A stretch of DNA of 63,636 nt, the filler included, from Choristocarpus tenellus KU-1152 (lineage: Eukaryota; Protista; Phaeophyceae), in NCBI GenBank assembly GCA_964200185.2. It is 9 parts of 9 records of this genome, joined end to end, with 100 filler letters (N's around TTAATTAATTAA, not from the genome) between each part and the next. Parts side by side here need not be neighbours in the genome. Positions count along the whole stretch, not along the records: positions 1 to 6,555 come from CAXNAD020007879.1; positions 6,656 to 22,292 come from CAXNAD020000956.1; 7 more parts are not named here. The stretch is one strand, 5' to 3'. The translations under genes were made by a program, and so were the position numbers. Shown one piece after another: positions 1-13,100 of this stretch. The notes below the pieces were generated by a model. It did not search any database and was not told the DNA's origin. It was given only the letters and a program-made list of their open reading frames with translations. Within the stretch, counting starts at the first letter, position 1, and each line of letters opens with the position of its first letter.

Positions 1-229
1 CTGCATACAATCTTGCAAAAATCAATCCTGATGCGGGAGACAAAAAATCTCACCATGTTAAAAAAAAGTAATTTGACGCACACGGTTTGAATAATTTGAA
101 GTCGGTCTCTTCAAGAGACAACGGAACACTTAGTGTTAGAGCAGGAGTAGAATCATAGTCCACTGATAGATTCAAGGAGCACGCCTTTGGTTTTCAGAGA
201 ACATCGATACATTCACATTGAGAAAGCAA

Positions 230-780
230 TCAACCAAGCGTGATGATACAAATACAACAGTAACAGAAAGTGGAGAGGAAACAAGATCTTCGTAATACCC
301 TCCCCCCCCTTCCCCCCACCTCCCTCCCGCCACCCCATACAAACACACACTTGCCCTCCTCATCCTCCTCCATTGCCCCTTCCCCCACAAGTCTCAAATT
401 TCCCCAAACAATCCCCGCCTCTTTGCCGTGAAACCCACACACCTGGAACACAAGCGTTCGCAACTCTTTCAGTTTCATTGGTCTCATCTCCAACCCCTTA
501 ACATCATCCAGCATCAGGCTCATAAAACCGTCATAACCCTCTAAATCACTCAGTCGCAAGCTCCTTCGCCTCGGCTTGGTCTCTTGCCCCCCCTCCGAAC
601 CAGCCTCCCCTGGCGCCTCTGGTTCTCCTGCCTTATCCGCCCCCCCCTCCACCTCTGACCCTGTTAATTGCTGGGATGACTCTGTGGATATCTCACGTTA
701 CGCAATGGGGACAGGTGGGGGTATTTCAGGGGGAGGTGGTTTGTATGCTGGGGAAGTTGTCTCCCCTCTTTCAGCTGGGA
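230..780 (-). pseudogene. Probable exon remnant of an unidentified protein-coding gene
   Basis: Protein-like frame PAERGETTSPAYKPPPPEIPPPVPIA*REISTESS...LRLSDLEGYDGFMSLMLDDVKGLEMRPMKLKELRTLVFQVCG follows a TAG acceptor near 781 and contains one in-frame TAA. No family recognised. Confidence 0.3.
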
Positions 781-806
781 ACTACCAACACAATACATCA
801 AGTATA

Positions 807-878
807 GGAAGGTGGAGGGGAAGGTGGAGGGGAAGGGGGAGGGGAAGGTGGAGGGGAAGGTGGAGGGGAAGGTGGAGG
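807..878. repeat. 12-bp purine-rich minisatellite (GGAAGGTGGAGG) x6
   Basis: Directly visible tandem unit; one unit has a T>G change. Confidence 0.9.
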
Positions 879-3108
879 GGAGCAGGGAACGTGAAAAACG
901 ATTAGAGGCCAAAGTGAGATAGATTCCTCTCAAAGTAAGGGACGAACATTTCAGTTTGGATATGGAGGTGGTTAGATTCACAGGGACAAGACTGTTTCAA
1001 GTTAGATATTAGGTAGAGGTATAGGTAGGAGGGGTGGAGGATGCAAAGTGAAATATGATTAGAGACAAAAATGGAAGTCCTCTCTCATTAAGAGATAAAA
1101 ATCTTAGTGTGGATATAGAGGTGATTCACAAGAACAAAAATAGTTCATTTCCAGTTAGATCAAACTCTGCGTAGAATGATAGAAGCAGGTTGGTAGTACT
1201 CAACTCCTCCCTGCTGGTAACCCCCCATGTACAACACTCATACAGGGCAATCCAGTTCACTGCAATGCTCCAAACCATTACGCAGTCATTCCATCAAACT
1301 AGATCCACAAGGATACCAATCTACTGCAGCGAAAGCAGTATATGAACTGAGCCCCTCCGATCGACACATATACAATCAAAATGAGCACTTTCACGGTCCA
1401 ACCAAATCCTTTCAAAAATTCCCTGAGGATGGTACTACATATTCCCTTCGATCCACAGCAGCGAACATATACACCACAAAAATGCAACATACCTTGACCG
1501 CTGCTTTCAATGTCATCTCCTCCATCCGCCGAGGACCTGGTGGCTCCCCTTCCTCCAACCGTTTTCCCGGTCAACCAACCACCTCTATTCTGAAACACAC
1601 TCCCGTTTCCCCTTTCTCGACTGGTTCCAAATCCACGGAGAGACTGCGGAGAGCACAATCCTAGACTGTGCTGAAAGCGAAGATACCCAGTTCCACCTGC
1701 TTGCATTAGGATTGCATCGGTGGGGAGCGAGGGGAGCTGTGCACTTTGTACCACGGTTCTGAAATGACAACTTTCGAACCCCATGTACATATTGCACCTC
1801 CAAAACGCTTGTGATGCGGACTCTAATGTGCACATGGAGGCTGGTCAAGCCCGTGGTAAAAACGTGTGTGGGGAGCGACTTGGTAGTCAAAACCTAGTTT
1901 AAGATGAAGGAGAAAGGTTTATCCATTTATAGAAACACTTCCATTCGAGGGAATCACAACAATTTCGGCAATCTTTCTCACACATAAAAACACAACACAT
2001 ACGTATTGTATCGGGTTTGCAAGTAAGGGTTTCATGTGAAGTGTTCACGTGTGATTCTGTTCGCTGCGATTTCCCTCGAGAAGTTGACTCGGCAGCTCCA
2101 AACTGGGCGAAAAACCTCCACGGCACTCCACCCACGCCTTATCCTTTCGTTGACCATACCAGAGCAAATGAGAGCAAAAGCGTGGCACAGTGCTGTCTCG
2201 ACCTAGCAAGTCCTGGCATCTATGTGGTAGCGTCCAAGTGCTCAACAAGCCTTGAGGATAGTAATATGGTATGTAGAATGTGCGCATACAGCTTAAGTTC
2301 CACACGCCATCATTTACGTAACAGAATGAGTTGTGCATAAATGATACCACTTTCTTCAACTTGTATTAATTTCTTGTCCTTCGTGCTTACCCAAGAAGGG
2401 TGCAAGAGGTCGAGGTCCTAGGGACGTCCGCGTTATGGGAAAATGGAAGGCCCCAGGAGTGTCAGGCAGGGCCCCGACAAGGAGAAGCGCCATCATGGGC
2501 CTCAAGCTCCCAGTTCGTGGCATCGCAACAGTTGAGAAGCACGAGCCTAAGTTTCAGAATGCTCTTCTTCGCCCTCTGATTACAATTCTCCAACAAGACT
2601 AGTATCTCCTGCAATACGCAGCACCCAGGAGGTGCCACTATATGGCGTATCAGCGCCCACAGAAAACAGTAGAGGTAGGCTCCTACTTTCTGGATGATAC
2701 TGCAATGATGGTGGGTAGTGTGTGAGGTGGTGGGCGCGACAGGTCACGACCACGCGCATCACATACAAATATCGGTATGCAATTTCTTTATACCATCATA
2801 CCGCCATAGACAACATACCCATTATTGACAAAAATAAAAACTTTCTGCAGACATTGAAACTCCCTCCACTATTAGTGTATAGTGTTTACCAATAGCTTCG
2901 CCCTCTGGGGTTGTCCTGTCAAAAATTTTGACATCGGATTTAAAAAATAAAAGCATATTCGTTATGCCCGTCACAATGCCGTTCAGTTTACGGGCTCTGT
3001 TTTTTTTCACAATTTTTTTCAATTCTTGAAGAAAGACTGATCATATTGGGGTTCGAACACAGGATTTTGTAGGTCACCAAGAGTGGGAACAGATACACTA
3101 TTACTTGA

Positions 3109-3387
3109 TTATAAAGTATAGGGTTTAGGTGGGGAAAAAGCCTCCCCACCTTTTCTTCCTGTGTGTTCGCGCACCCACTCTTTGACCTCGGCAAGGATGT
3201 CCTCGTCTAGGCCCAGAACGAAACGCCTCTGGTCGCGCCCTTGCTCCAACACCTTGATGTGGCCCTTAATTGGGAAGTATCTCTCCCATTTACTCACAGT
3301 TTCCTGCTTGATCATCGCATATTCTGCTGCCATCTTGAGCGTCATTGACGGTCTTTCCCGTCGTTCATACACAGGTACAGGATTCAC
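3109..3387 (-). mobile_element. Degenerate DNA-transposase N-terminal (HTH-like) fragment
   Basis: AAEYAMIKQETVSKWERYF...GRDQRRFVLGLDEDILAEVKEWVREHTGRKG resembles the N-terminal region of IS630-Tc1-like transposases. No catalytic motif seen. Confidence 0.35.
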
Positions 3388-4503
3388 AGTATTAGAGCAT
3401 TTATTATCACATTTCCTCGTTGAGCGCCGGAAATGGGTTACCTTCTTTCAGGTTTCAGAGCCCTTGCAGTCCAACCCTAGCACCTCCTTTCTCGTTTCCT
3501 AAGCCATTCTGGCTCACATAGCTTCCAAACAGCTAGGGCATGCTGCAACTGTTGACTACTAACATATTCTACACTCGGGTTTTCACTTAGCCGTTTCCTG
3601 AGTGCAATGGCACGCACTCGTACTGCTCTCCTCCCCAACCTTCCCATCACCCAGTCACTCTGGTTCTCCCTTCGCCCGCCATGACCACAGACTTCGTCAC
3701 TATACCTCCTGGTGATGGACTCGCTGCTCTCTCCCTGTTTTCCCGAGGTGGCAGAGACTGCAGAGCAGTTCTCCAATGTGGTCAAAGACCCAACCACATT
3801 TTTGTGGTAATGCTTTCAATGCATCTTCTCTCAGAGTCATTGTCGTGACCGCGTGGTCCATTTCGCGATTTGATTATGCTGCTGCACCACACTACTCCTA
3901 CTTCCTCGTCACCTAAAATCGCACTGAGTGTCACACGGTACTTGCTTTTCCGTCGCCTCCCGAAAGAGAAGGTGCCAAGGGTAGATCCAGGCAACTCTCC
4001 TTGTCTCACCGTCGTGATTCATGTTGCTGTGTAAGTCATGTGTGTGTGTCTCACAGAAAATCTGCAGAAGTCGTTTAAAAGATCTCCAGAAATCTTGAAA
4101 TTTTTTTCGGGAACATCTCACAAGCCAAACTTGGACAGGAACTTACCCCAGATCAGTTTTCTGCAAGGATCTCAGCCAACCACTTCATTTTTGCATCTTT
4201 AGAAGCCGTGACCTTCAAAATTGCGACAGAGATTTTCCATTAAATTGATTTGTTCACAAACCACCCAGCGTTGAAAGGTGGTTACAAGGAAAGGCTACCT
4301 TCCTCAAAGAAAGGAGTTCAAGGCAAATCATGAAGTGTAAAATGACGTGATGAAATTATTATCTACTTCGAACCAATTGAAAATTTTCAATTCAGAAGTA
4401 CAGGAAGGCAGTAGTACAATATTGATGGTGGTGAAGTAACTAATAGATTATTGGTTTTCACACATAGAGTATTTTAGAGTGTTTTAACATTTATGATATT
4501 TTA

Positions 4504-4682
4504 GGGTCAAAGTATCTGAGGGGGAGGGTGGTTTGTGAGGGGGCGTCCGTTTTGGTCAAACAGCTCTTTTTTTTGCTGACATTGCAAATCTGACACGTGC
4601 GACCAAATCACACAAAAAAAGTGTAAATCGAAAAAAGGGTGAAAAACGGGTGCCGACACCCCCCCCCCAGATACTTTGACCC
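4504..4682. mobile_element. MITE family A, complete, 4-bp TSD TTTA
   Basis: TIRs GGGTCAAAGTATCTG / CAGATACTTTGACCC, flanked on both sides by TTTA (4500-4503, 4683-4686). Close homologue at 58265-58458. Confidence 0.92.
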
Positions 4683-6555
4683 TTTATTTCTTTAGGGCTT
4701 ATGCTGACATATGTATAGTTTTCAATTGCTTTCCCCCTGACACATCTGCAAAATGTCAGAGAGGCATAATAATAAAATAATATATAATTCATAACACTAA
4801 CAATGACAAAGTGTGAGTCGAATGCATGTTTCTTGTTATACCGTTATTGCCGTATGTCATATATCGTATACCGTTGTATCGATTGAGGTTCCTTGTCAAG
4901 CATCCATGATTCCACTGGCGGATCTTCCGTGAGAAGGAATCTAAGGAATCTCTTCAACAGACCAATTCCACAGTTTTGGGACGGCTCTTCATTCAGAGTT
5001 GTCAAACATTAAAGGTTCACTTTATTCTTACGTCCTGACTTTTGGTGATTATTCCCCTCTCTAAAGATGCTCATCCCTCTTCAATTCTCCCTGCAAGTCC
5101 TTGTTGTCTTGTACTATCCCAACCTTAACCTCGTACTCTCAGTTACGGTTCGTCTGGTCCATCTTACCCGGTGATTATCTTCGCCACCCTTACCTGAGTG
5201 AACCACGCCCCTACAGAATCACACGATTCACACGTGTATTGCTTACAATAATAAATAAATGTCTTCCAATGCACATATCGTACATATTTTATACAATGAT
5301 GTATACGCAAAACAAGAAACCATGTCTACACTAAGTCTCTCGACCAGACTCTCGACCAGAAACCTTGAGGTGTAACTCGGACCTGCTCCGCCTCCCTCCA
5401 GGACACGAGCCCAATGATCTTAAAACGACAAAGCTGACCCTGCAATGCGAGAAAGGGCAAGGAGGAGGACAAAACAACTATTCGCACAAGTAGATGATCA
5501 ACCAAATAGGCTGTTGTTGTGAGGATGTTGTCGGAACAAGGTAAGATGGGTTGACGATTCAACTCTTGATGCATTGTGTGGCATAGATTAATAACACAAC
5601 AAAGCGTTTGGTGGTCATGACTCCACTGTTAAAATTGACCAACTGAGAAGGGATTTACCACATAGATTATTTCCTTAATAGTCTTCACCAACTCACAGAA
5701 CATACTATAAACAATCGCCCACACGGGTTCTTCCCTTTGCTCGTCGCTTGCTATTATTATTGCCGTTATTATTAATAATACCTCAGTTTAAGAACCATCC
5801 AGACCCCGTGGTCAGAGGCACAATACACTGCAACACTTCTCACACCTCACTATATTTCTACTGAAAAAAAAAAAAAAACTCCTGCTCTACAAAAGTCATT
5901 TGTAGTGTTTATGCTCGTACCTCCCTTGATTACACCATCCGTCTTCACATACAAGTGGTTCAGAGGTGTAATAGGACTTGTTCGAAATTGGCAGGTTCAA
6001 TCCATGTCGACTTCATATTTCTTTCCATAGAAATCTTCAAGACACCAAGTCCACATGGCTGGTGTTCCTCGTGGATACAGTCGAAACACTATACATACTA
6101 GTGGTGGAGGAGGTGATGAGAGCTAAAGACAGAGTAACCATTGTGGGGCCGTGGTATTTGGATTTTCTCTTAATATGTTGTATCATTATTACATGTTGCA
6201 TGGGATATTGGCGAAGAATTTCTGGTTACCCAAGTGGATATTACAAATCTCGTATGGTAGCTCATGCCTTTGTGTCTCCTCGCTAGACTCAGGGGCTTAC
6301 GAATGTTCCATCAAAAGCTAATCCTGGGGATCGCAAGCTGTTAGACTTTATGAGGTTTCGCCCGAGGATTGCTATCCCTCTAATCAGCGACCAACTTCGG
6401 CAGGGCAGTTACTAATGTGAGGTTGTGTATCCTGGTGGCGTGTTCAGCCTCTTGACTGATGTGTAACCTTGTAACCATGCCGGGACTCAATCCCATTACA
6501 GTAGCGTTTGTTAGGACACTAGTAAATTGGGGGGGGGGGGTACTCGTGTTTCATC

Positions 6556-6655
6556 NNNNNNNNNNNNNNNNNNNNNNNNNNNNNNNNNNNNNNNNNNNNT
6601 TAATTAATTAANNNNNNNNNNNNNNNNNNNNNNNNNNNNNNNNNNNNNNNNNNNN
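6556..6655. other. Artificial contig spacer (N44-TTAATTAATTAA-N44); same at 22293-22392, 25395-25494, 40300-40399, 44272-44371, 49218-49317, 53002-53101, 58101-58200
   Basis: Identical 100-nt N-flanked linker giving stops in all six frames, repeated eight times. Confidence 0.98.
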
Positions 6656-6803
6656 TCGACACTTTATCCCAGTCAATTTTGGGTCAAGCCCATCCTCAAT
6701 GAAAGCTCCATCCTACTTTTACTTTTACAAGGTGTGTGTGTGGACGCAAGAAACACAATCATGTAAATTTCTCTAAACCACCCAGATCATGTGAACAAAG
6801 TAG

Positions 6804-7070
6804 ATCCCATAGTATCCTAGACGGGGTCAGGTGTCCTTTGGGAGTCTGTGTGATCCTGTAGTGATTTCTACGTCATATGAGTAAACATGTCAGATATAAG
6901 GGCAATTTCTTCATCTGAACATACCTTCCTATTTCACCCCCTTTCCTGAACAAAACTCAGAGGAAAATCACCTGCAAAACAAGCATCAAACTGAGGTATC
7001 TTACAAAACTATATCAAGCCCGGAATGGACAACCTGGGCTAAACATCTCCCCTCTAGGATGCTAAGGTCC
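6804..7070. mobile_element. MITE family B (diverged copy)
   Basis: Ends AGTATCCTAGACGGGG...CCCCTCTAGGATGCT. Interior is colinear with 19223-19487 and 43203-43479. Confidence 0.75.
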
Positions 7071-7188
7071 TAGGCAATAAAGCAAGGTGTAACACAAGGA
7101 AGAAACTTGAAAGGGTATATTCCGTAGATAATTTGTAGCATTTCCATTAAATTCACCTACAAACAATATCAAGAGGCAAGATATTTGG

Positions 7189-10100
7189 CTACAAGCCACA
7201 AAATGTCTCAATAGCCACCGCTACCCCGTCCATGTCATTGGTTGGAGCAACAAACCTTGATGCCTCGCGCACGAGTGTTGATGCTTGGCCCATACAAACC
7301 CCATAACCCACCATCCTGAGCATATCCAGGTCATTCTCTTCGTCACCTAAGGCCACCACCTGGAACGTTGGTGGTATGGATAGAAATTTTTGGGAAGGGC
7401 GTAACGCACACGGATGTAAAGAATGGTATGTCAATTTAAAGAATGAGTTGAATATTTCATGCAACGTACAGAGAGTTTCATAAGGAGGTAGAGGAAGCAA
7501 AAGAAAGTTTGACTTTTCATCATGCTGGGCAAATGTGAGGGGACCAGACCGCAGGCTGAGTCGGTTCCAACTCTTTCTGGCATGTCAAAACTGTATCCAC
7601 CAAATATTGGAAACTATGTGGTCTGTGGGCTGGACAGGTTCAAATAATTTCTGACCTATTAGGACCATGGTTATCAGAGATATTTCGGAACTGGGCAGTA
7701 GGTTGTGGCCTGTAGTCACATAAAAACAGATATAATACAAAGCTAGCCTGGTCTGATCCCCATAAATTTTATCACCATACCAGGAAAGAGCGTAGCTGAG
7801 GAGACTCCAAAAACACATATTTCCATCCATAACTGTAGCTGTTTCAACACGACCAGGTCACGAGGTACCAATATGTTCTCACAGAGCCAGTTCGTGGTCG
7901 CACAATGCTTCAACATAACCAGGCTACAGGCTAGCCTGGTTCCAATATGTTCTGACAATACCCGTCCCTAACCATCAACTGTTTCAAGATGGTCAGGCCA
8001 TGGGGTGGACTGGTACCAATATGTTTGAACAATGCTGAACCATGATTAACATCTCCTTCCACATGTCCAGATCACAGGCCACCCTATGCCTATGATCTGG
8101 ACCCAGCCCATACCAACTATCTGGACAAATGAAAAACACGGCAAAAAAAGGTAGGAAACTCTTTTTCTAAAAATGATTGTGACCACCAGGAACAAATGTT
8201 GCATCATTGACCTAGATTTTCACACATGAACTAGAATCTTAGATGATATACTTCATAAGAAGTCCAGCGCAAATAATAGAAGACCGGAACTACTACAGGA
8301 TGACAGATTGCTGTTCAATGCCAAACAAAGACGTATCCCATCTTTACAACTGCCATCAAACCAACCTGGCGAAAAAGTACACTCCATCACGTACAAACAT
8401 CTCAATACTGAACCTGGCATATACTTCGAACAGCAGCATGTGTTCTAAGCTTGACTATTCGCTGTTGACGACTACATTTCTTAAACCAGGTGAATGTATT
8501 CAAAATAAAATCATGTCATGGTTGACAAAGAGCCTTGTAGTCGACACTGTGAGAGGTATCACTCTCGACCACGACAATACACCACAGTTGATAACAATGA
8601 TCCTGCTCTTCTTAACCTTGAGAGCCTTGTGGTCACACTTTGAAAGGTGTCACTCTCAACCATGACAATACACCACAGTTGACAACAATGATCCTGGTCT
8701 CCTTAACCTTGATCAAGCCGGCAGGGATGTTTAAAACCGTTTTTTTAGTAAAAAACAAAAGTGTTGTGTTGAAGTTTGTTATAGGTCTATTACTCTACTA
8801 GAAAGTAAGCAAAATAATATTCGGTTGATTACACGTCGAGTTAACTCAGACACAAGCAAGTCGTAGGGGCCTATATCTTGTGGGTCTTTGCTCGGGTGTC
8901 AAAACATTGGAAAAATCGGAGAGTGCGATGTATGTGACTTGTCATTGGTCGATTTCGCGTAAACGGAGAAAAATATTTAACATCAGGAAAGCTGCTGTAC
9001 CTAAATATTTGAACTTCCTCTCCTAGCGTAAAAAAAAAGAAGGAAAAAACGGGGAGGGTATTCCAAAAAGCTGATTCTCATCAAGAAAATTCTATTTGCA
9101 AAATTCTCAACAGAACAATTCGCATCTAAATGTACATTAAGAGCCGAAAAAGGCACTCTCAAACATCCCCTGTAGGCGCGTAAAAAATGTATGTTAACGT
9201 TTCTATATGTGCCGGGCAGTCCTTTGGTTGGCAGGGCCTTGGCAGGGACAGACAGGGACCATACACTCATTGTCGGTTTGTTTGACACCACGATGGAGCT
9301 ATGCTTGGTGGATCACGGCCGCTGAAAGGTCCAACGCAACTACTTTTCCACAGGGAAATCTTGGGTATCACCACCTCGCACACTTAGTCATCCTGTGGAA
9401 TAACTTCAAATTAAGTAGTACACACATGTAAGGATTTTGAATATCAACTGCATCATACTTTGACACTTGCTCTGAATGACATCAGTCAAGTATATGCGCA
9501 GGTCTTACGATTTCTTGGGCACACTGAATACACAGCTAGCTTCCGAGAAGAAGGGACAAAAAATGCAGTAGATGGAAAAGGCCCAATGATCTGTACGTAC
9601 CTCTTCTGGTGATATGCCAAGGTGGAGCAAGAGGGCCTCCACCCCTGTGCCCTTCGATGAACCAGGAGGCAACACCTCAAGCATTTCAGGGATTCCACGC
9701 GTCAGTTCAGAAGGGTACCCATCCAGGAAGGCTGCAAGGTCTGACCGAAATGCATCCACCTCTTCCCTGAAAAATTCATGTTTCAATTCATAATATTGCC
9801 GTTGGGGAAGGGGGAGGGGGACGTCAACAATCAAGCAGATGCAGCACACACCACAGTGGAATACAAGGGTTTGGTGGATGCCAGAGCCTTCAACACAGTT
9901 CTAATTTGAAACAACAGTTTGGGTTAAGGAAGCAATCAATTCCAAAGATACTGCGATGTCACTGTACCCTGCCACAGTATGGCACATCCCATACAACACA
10001 CTGTAGCTGTGGTGCTGGTATATCACTATCTTGACAGCATTGTTTTTCCCCTCTGCACCCTTCTTCTGCATGAAATAGTAGTAGATATCCAACACCTAAT

Positions 10101-13100
10101 GTGATAGTGAGCAGTTTCCTCATGATGGGGTTGCTTTTCCTACGGCTCAGAGTCGAGTAGAACGCTACCATTATAGGTTCCCGTTTAACTTTTCTTGACA
10201 GTCTCAGCGCAATATTGTTGAACTAGCTGTACATCACACAGTTGTTAGGGTAAGAAGTCTTGACAAACTCCCCTGCTCTGAAGATGCAATGGGACAAATA
10301 CCTCAATAAATCAAAACATTACACAAAAAGCCTCCCTGACGATCGCTAAACCCTGCTCACAATGCACAATAGTCTTACTATTAAAACCAATCGTGACTAA
10401 CGAGAAAATCTCTGGTCATCAAATCTACATTCTGGTAGTTGAGTAACCAGTCCAGCAGGGGTTTGAACCTTCAAGCTCTGTTTCTATAAAGGCATCTAGA
10501 TAAAACGTATCACTGAGGAGGTAAGTTATGCTCCTTCGTTCCTACTGATATAGTGGTATCATAACATATTGAAAAAAAATCAGAGATTGAGGGTTCACTG
10601 TTTAATGACCAAATGGTATGGTTTAACGAATCTTAGTATAATATCTTCAATTAGAATTGAGCTAAAGGTATCATATAGGAAAGGAGACTCGAAGCTGAGA
10701 TGAGTGTTTGTGCTACCTAGGATGAATGCAAGCAAAAGAAGTACAACTAAATGTTTCCCTTTTGCTGGGTTATCATCATGGGGAGGACCAACAAAACTTG
10801 AGAGAAACAGGAGAGTTGTGGAAGGAGAACGGGTGGTGCAAGAGCTCTCACAAAGACTATTAGCACAATCTACTCTTGGGAAGCACGAGCACATATTAGA
10901 CCAATTAATACCAATTCAAACTCTAACCAGTAGCAACAGCTGACTCTCAAACCCTGCACAAAATCTTCTCAACCACGACTGATTTAACGATGCATCTGGA
11001 ATAATCAAACTTGATTTCCATTTTGCGCCATACTATTGATCAATAGAGGAGTAATGTTAACTTGCCTTACTGAGTTAATTGAGTATGTCCCTACATATTC
11101 CAAGTCCCACCTAAAAAAAAAGAAGAATCCATGAGCTAACTCAGTGCATTACCAGCTGCATCAACCATACACATTAAAGAAAAAAATCAATTGGTTTTTG
11201 ACCCCCCTCCCCCCCCCACAACAGTAACAAAACTTGAAACCACACAAACTTGCCCAGCTGAAGGAATGTGATATTTCATACATAATGTACAGCACCTGTA
11301 GAGTGGATTATCATGTTATTCACTTGTTGTATTCAACTACTCTTTTGACAGTGAAAGGAAGTGGTAAGAGTTAGGAGTGGTTCAAAATCAAGGCCTTCGA
11401 GGTGCTGGTCCAAAAAAAAAAGCATCAACAATTCTTGGCGATGTAACAGCGTACTTCAGAGAGTAGCAGTATAACGTTTACACTATTAATGTCTAGTGTC
11501 TATCAAATTAATTGTCACCTCATTTTCAGTGACACAAATGCTCACTTCGCAATAGCCCCGTATAGGTGAACACACCCAAAAGGGCAGTGTGAGCTGACTA
11601 CGTGGCTCAAGGTGTACTCACGATGTGATGCGATACCTCTCTCCAAGAACCGTCTGATGTCTCATTGCCAAGTCCAAAATCGTCAGGCAACAGAGACGAA
11701 GAACTGAGGAAGATCTCTTCAATAGAAAGATGTCAAGATAGTGATATACAACTGAGCGACTTAGGTACTAGTTCTGCACTAGGCAAGTACCATAGAGGCC
11801 CATTCGCATCTCAGTATCTTGAACAAATCACAGGCCAGTGCACTACTCAACTTGATCTCTAGACCATCACCCCACACATTCTGCCCAGTGCCCAAGCAAC
11901 CTTCTCAAGCTTTTGCTTGTTCATCAAACAGATCAAGTCCCCTTGCTTTTTCTTCAACCTCCCACTATATAGAGTCAAGAAAAAATATATACCCTCGGGT
12001 TGGGCTCAAAAAACTGCAACCTCTGATCCATCAAGATAGTTAGATGGTTCATGACCTAGCTTCAGCCTCCAATTAATGGAGCACTTAGCAAAGCAAAGGG
12101 TGTCCGCTGTTTACTACCCTGGCATACTATCCATCAAACAACAGTTTACCTTGATGAACCCCAGAAAAAGAGTCGGTTGAGTTTCATACCCTCTTGGACA
12201 GCCACATCCAGAGGCCCAACCTGCAGTTTGACAGACAAAGATCAACAGCATGGGAGTGGGGATGACCTAGTCATCAAAACTCTGCTTGCACAGTAAGGAA
12301 GGACACACAGCACCTTTTGAGTTGCCTGACCAATCAGAACCTCATGAGAACAAAGATAAGCAGGAAAGTAATCAATTAATGTAACTTGAAGGTGCACTCC
12401 ACTAGGGCAGTCTATCAGGCAAAATCAAAAGCTGGGATGATACCCAGTCGAATCTGCAAGTCATCACTCCATTAATTGCACACACTTGCACATGCCTCAT
12501 ACTCAAAATGTATGTCTCCAGAGTAATATAGGAGTGGTACAGAAGTAACTAATAGGAAACCACCAAATTGCTGTTCCTAGCTCAATTTTTTTTCAATCTT
12601 TGACAGCCAAAATTCCTTTTGTATGCCACTGTTCTTAGTATCATGAGAGAAGCCCTCATAGTAATCCATAGATTCGGAGTAGTGAATTGGAAAGCTCACA
12701 ACCCTGGTGTTCCAGGGAGTCCTTATGGTTGCACGATGGCGGGTGGAAGATGAGATTTTAGGTTTTGGAGTTGTCAAAATTGAGCACGGAAAAATCTCAA
12801 CTGGATGATGTACAAGAAAAGAACAGATTGTATTGTTAGGCAAATGAACACAATGCGTATTCAGCTACATGATAGTTTCCCACCTTTCAGTTGTTTGTGG
12901 TATCTACGTGATACAGTCTCATGATCAGGCTCATCATTATCAGAGTCCGCCGGGCAGTTGAAGGTTAGCGAGATCATCAATGAATGGAGGAAGAGAATAT
13001 TTTTTGAAATGTTTCCAGTGAGGGTAGGGAGAAGGAAAAGTTCACAAGGGTAAATGTAGGAAGCTCACACCTACGCAGTTTGTTCAACTGGAGTCGTACA

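Noticed and set aside
576-981. GRWR / PSTF repeat proteins
   Set aside because: These are translations of the 12-bp minisatellite, which probably lies in an intron.
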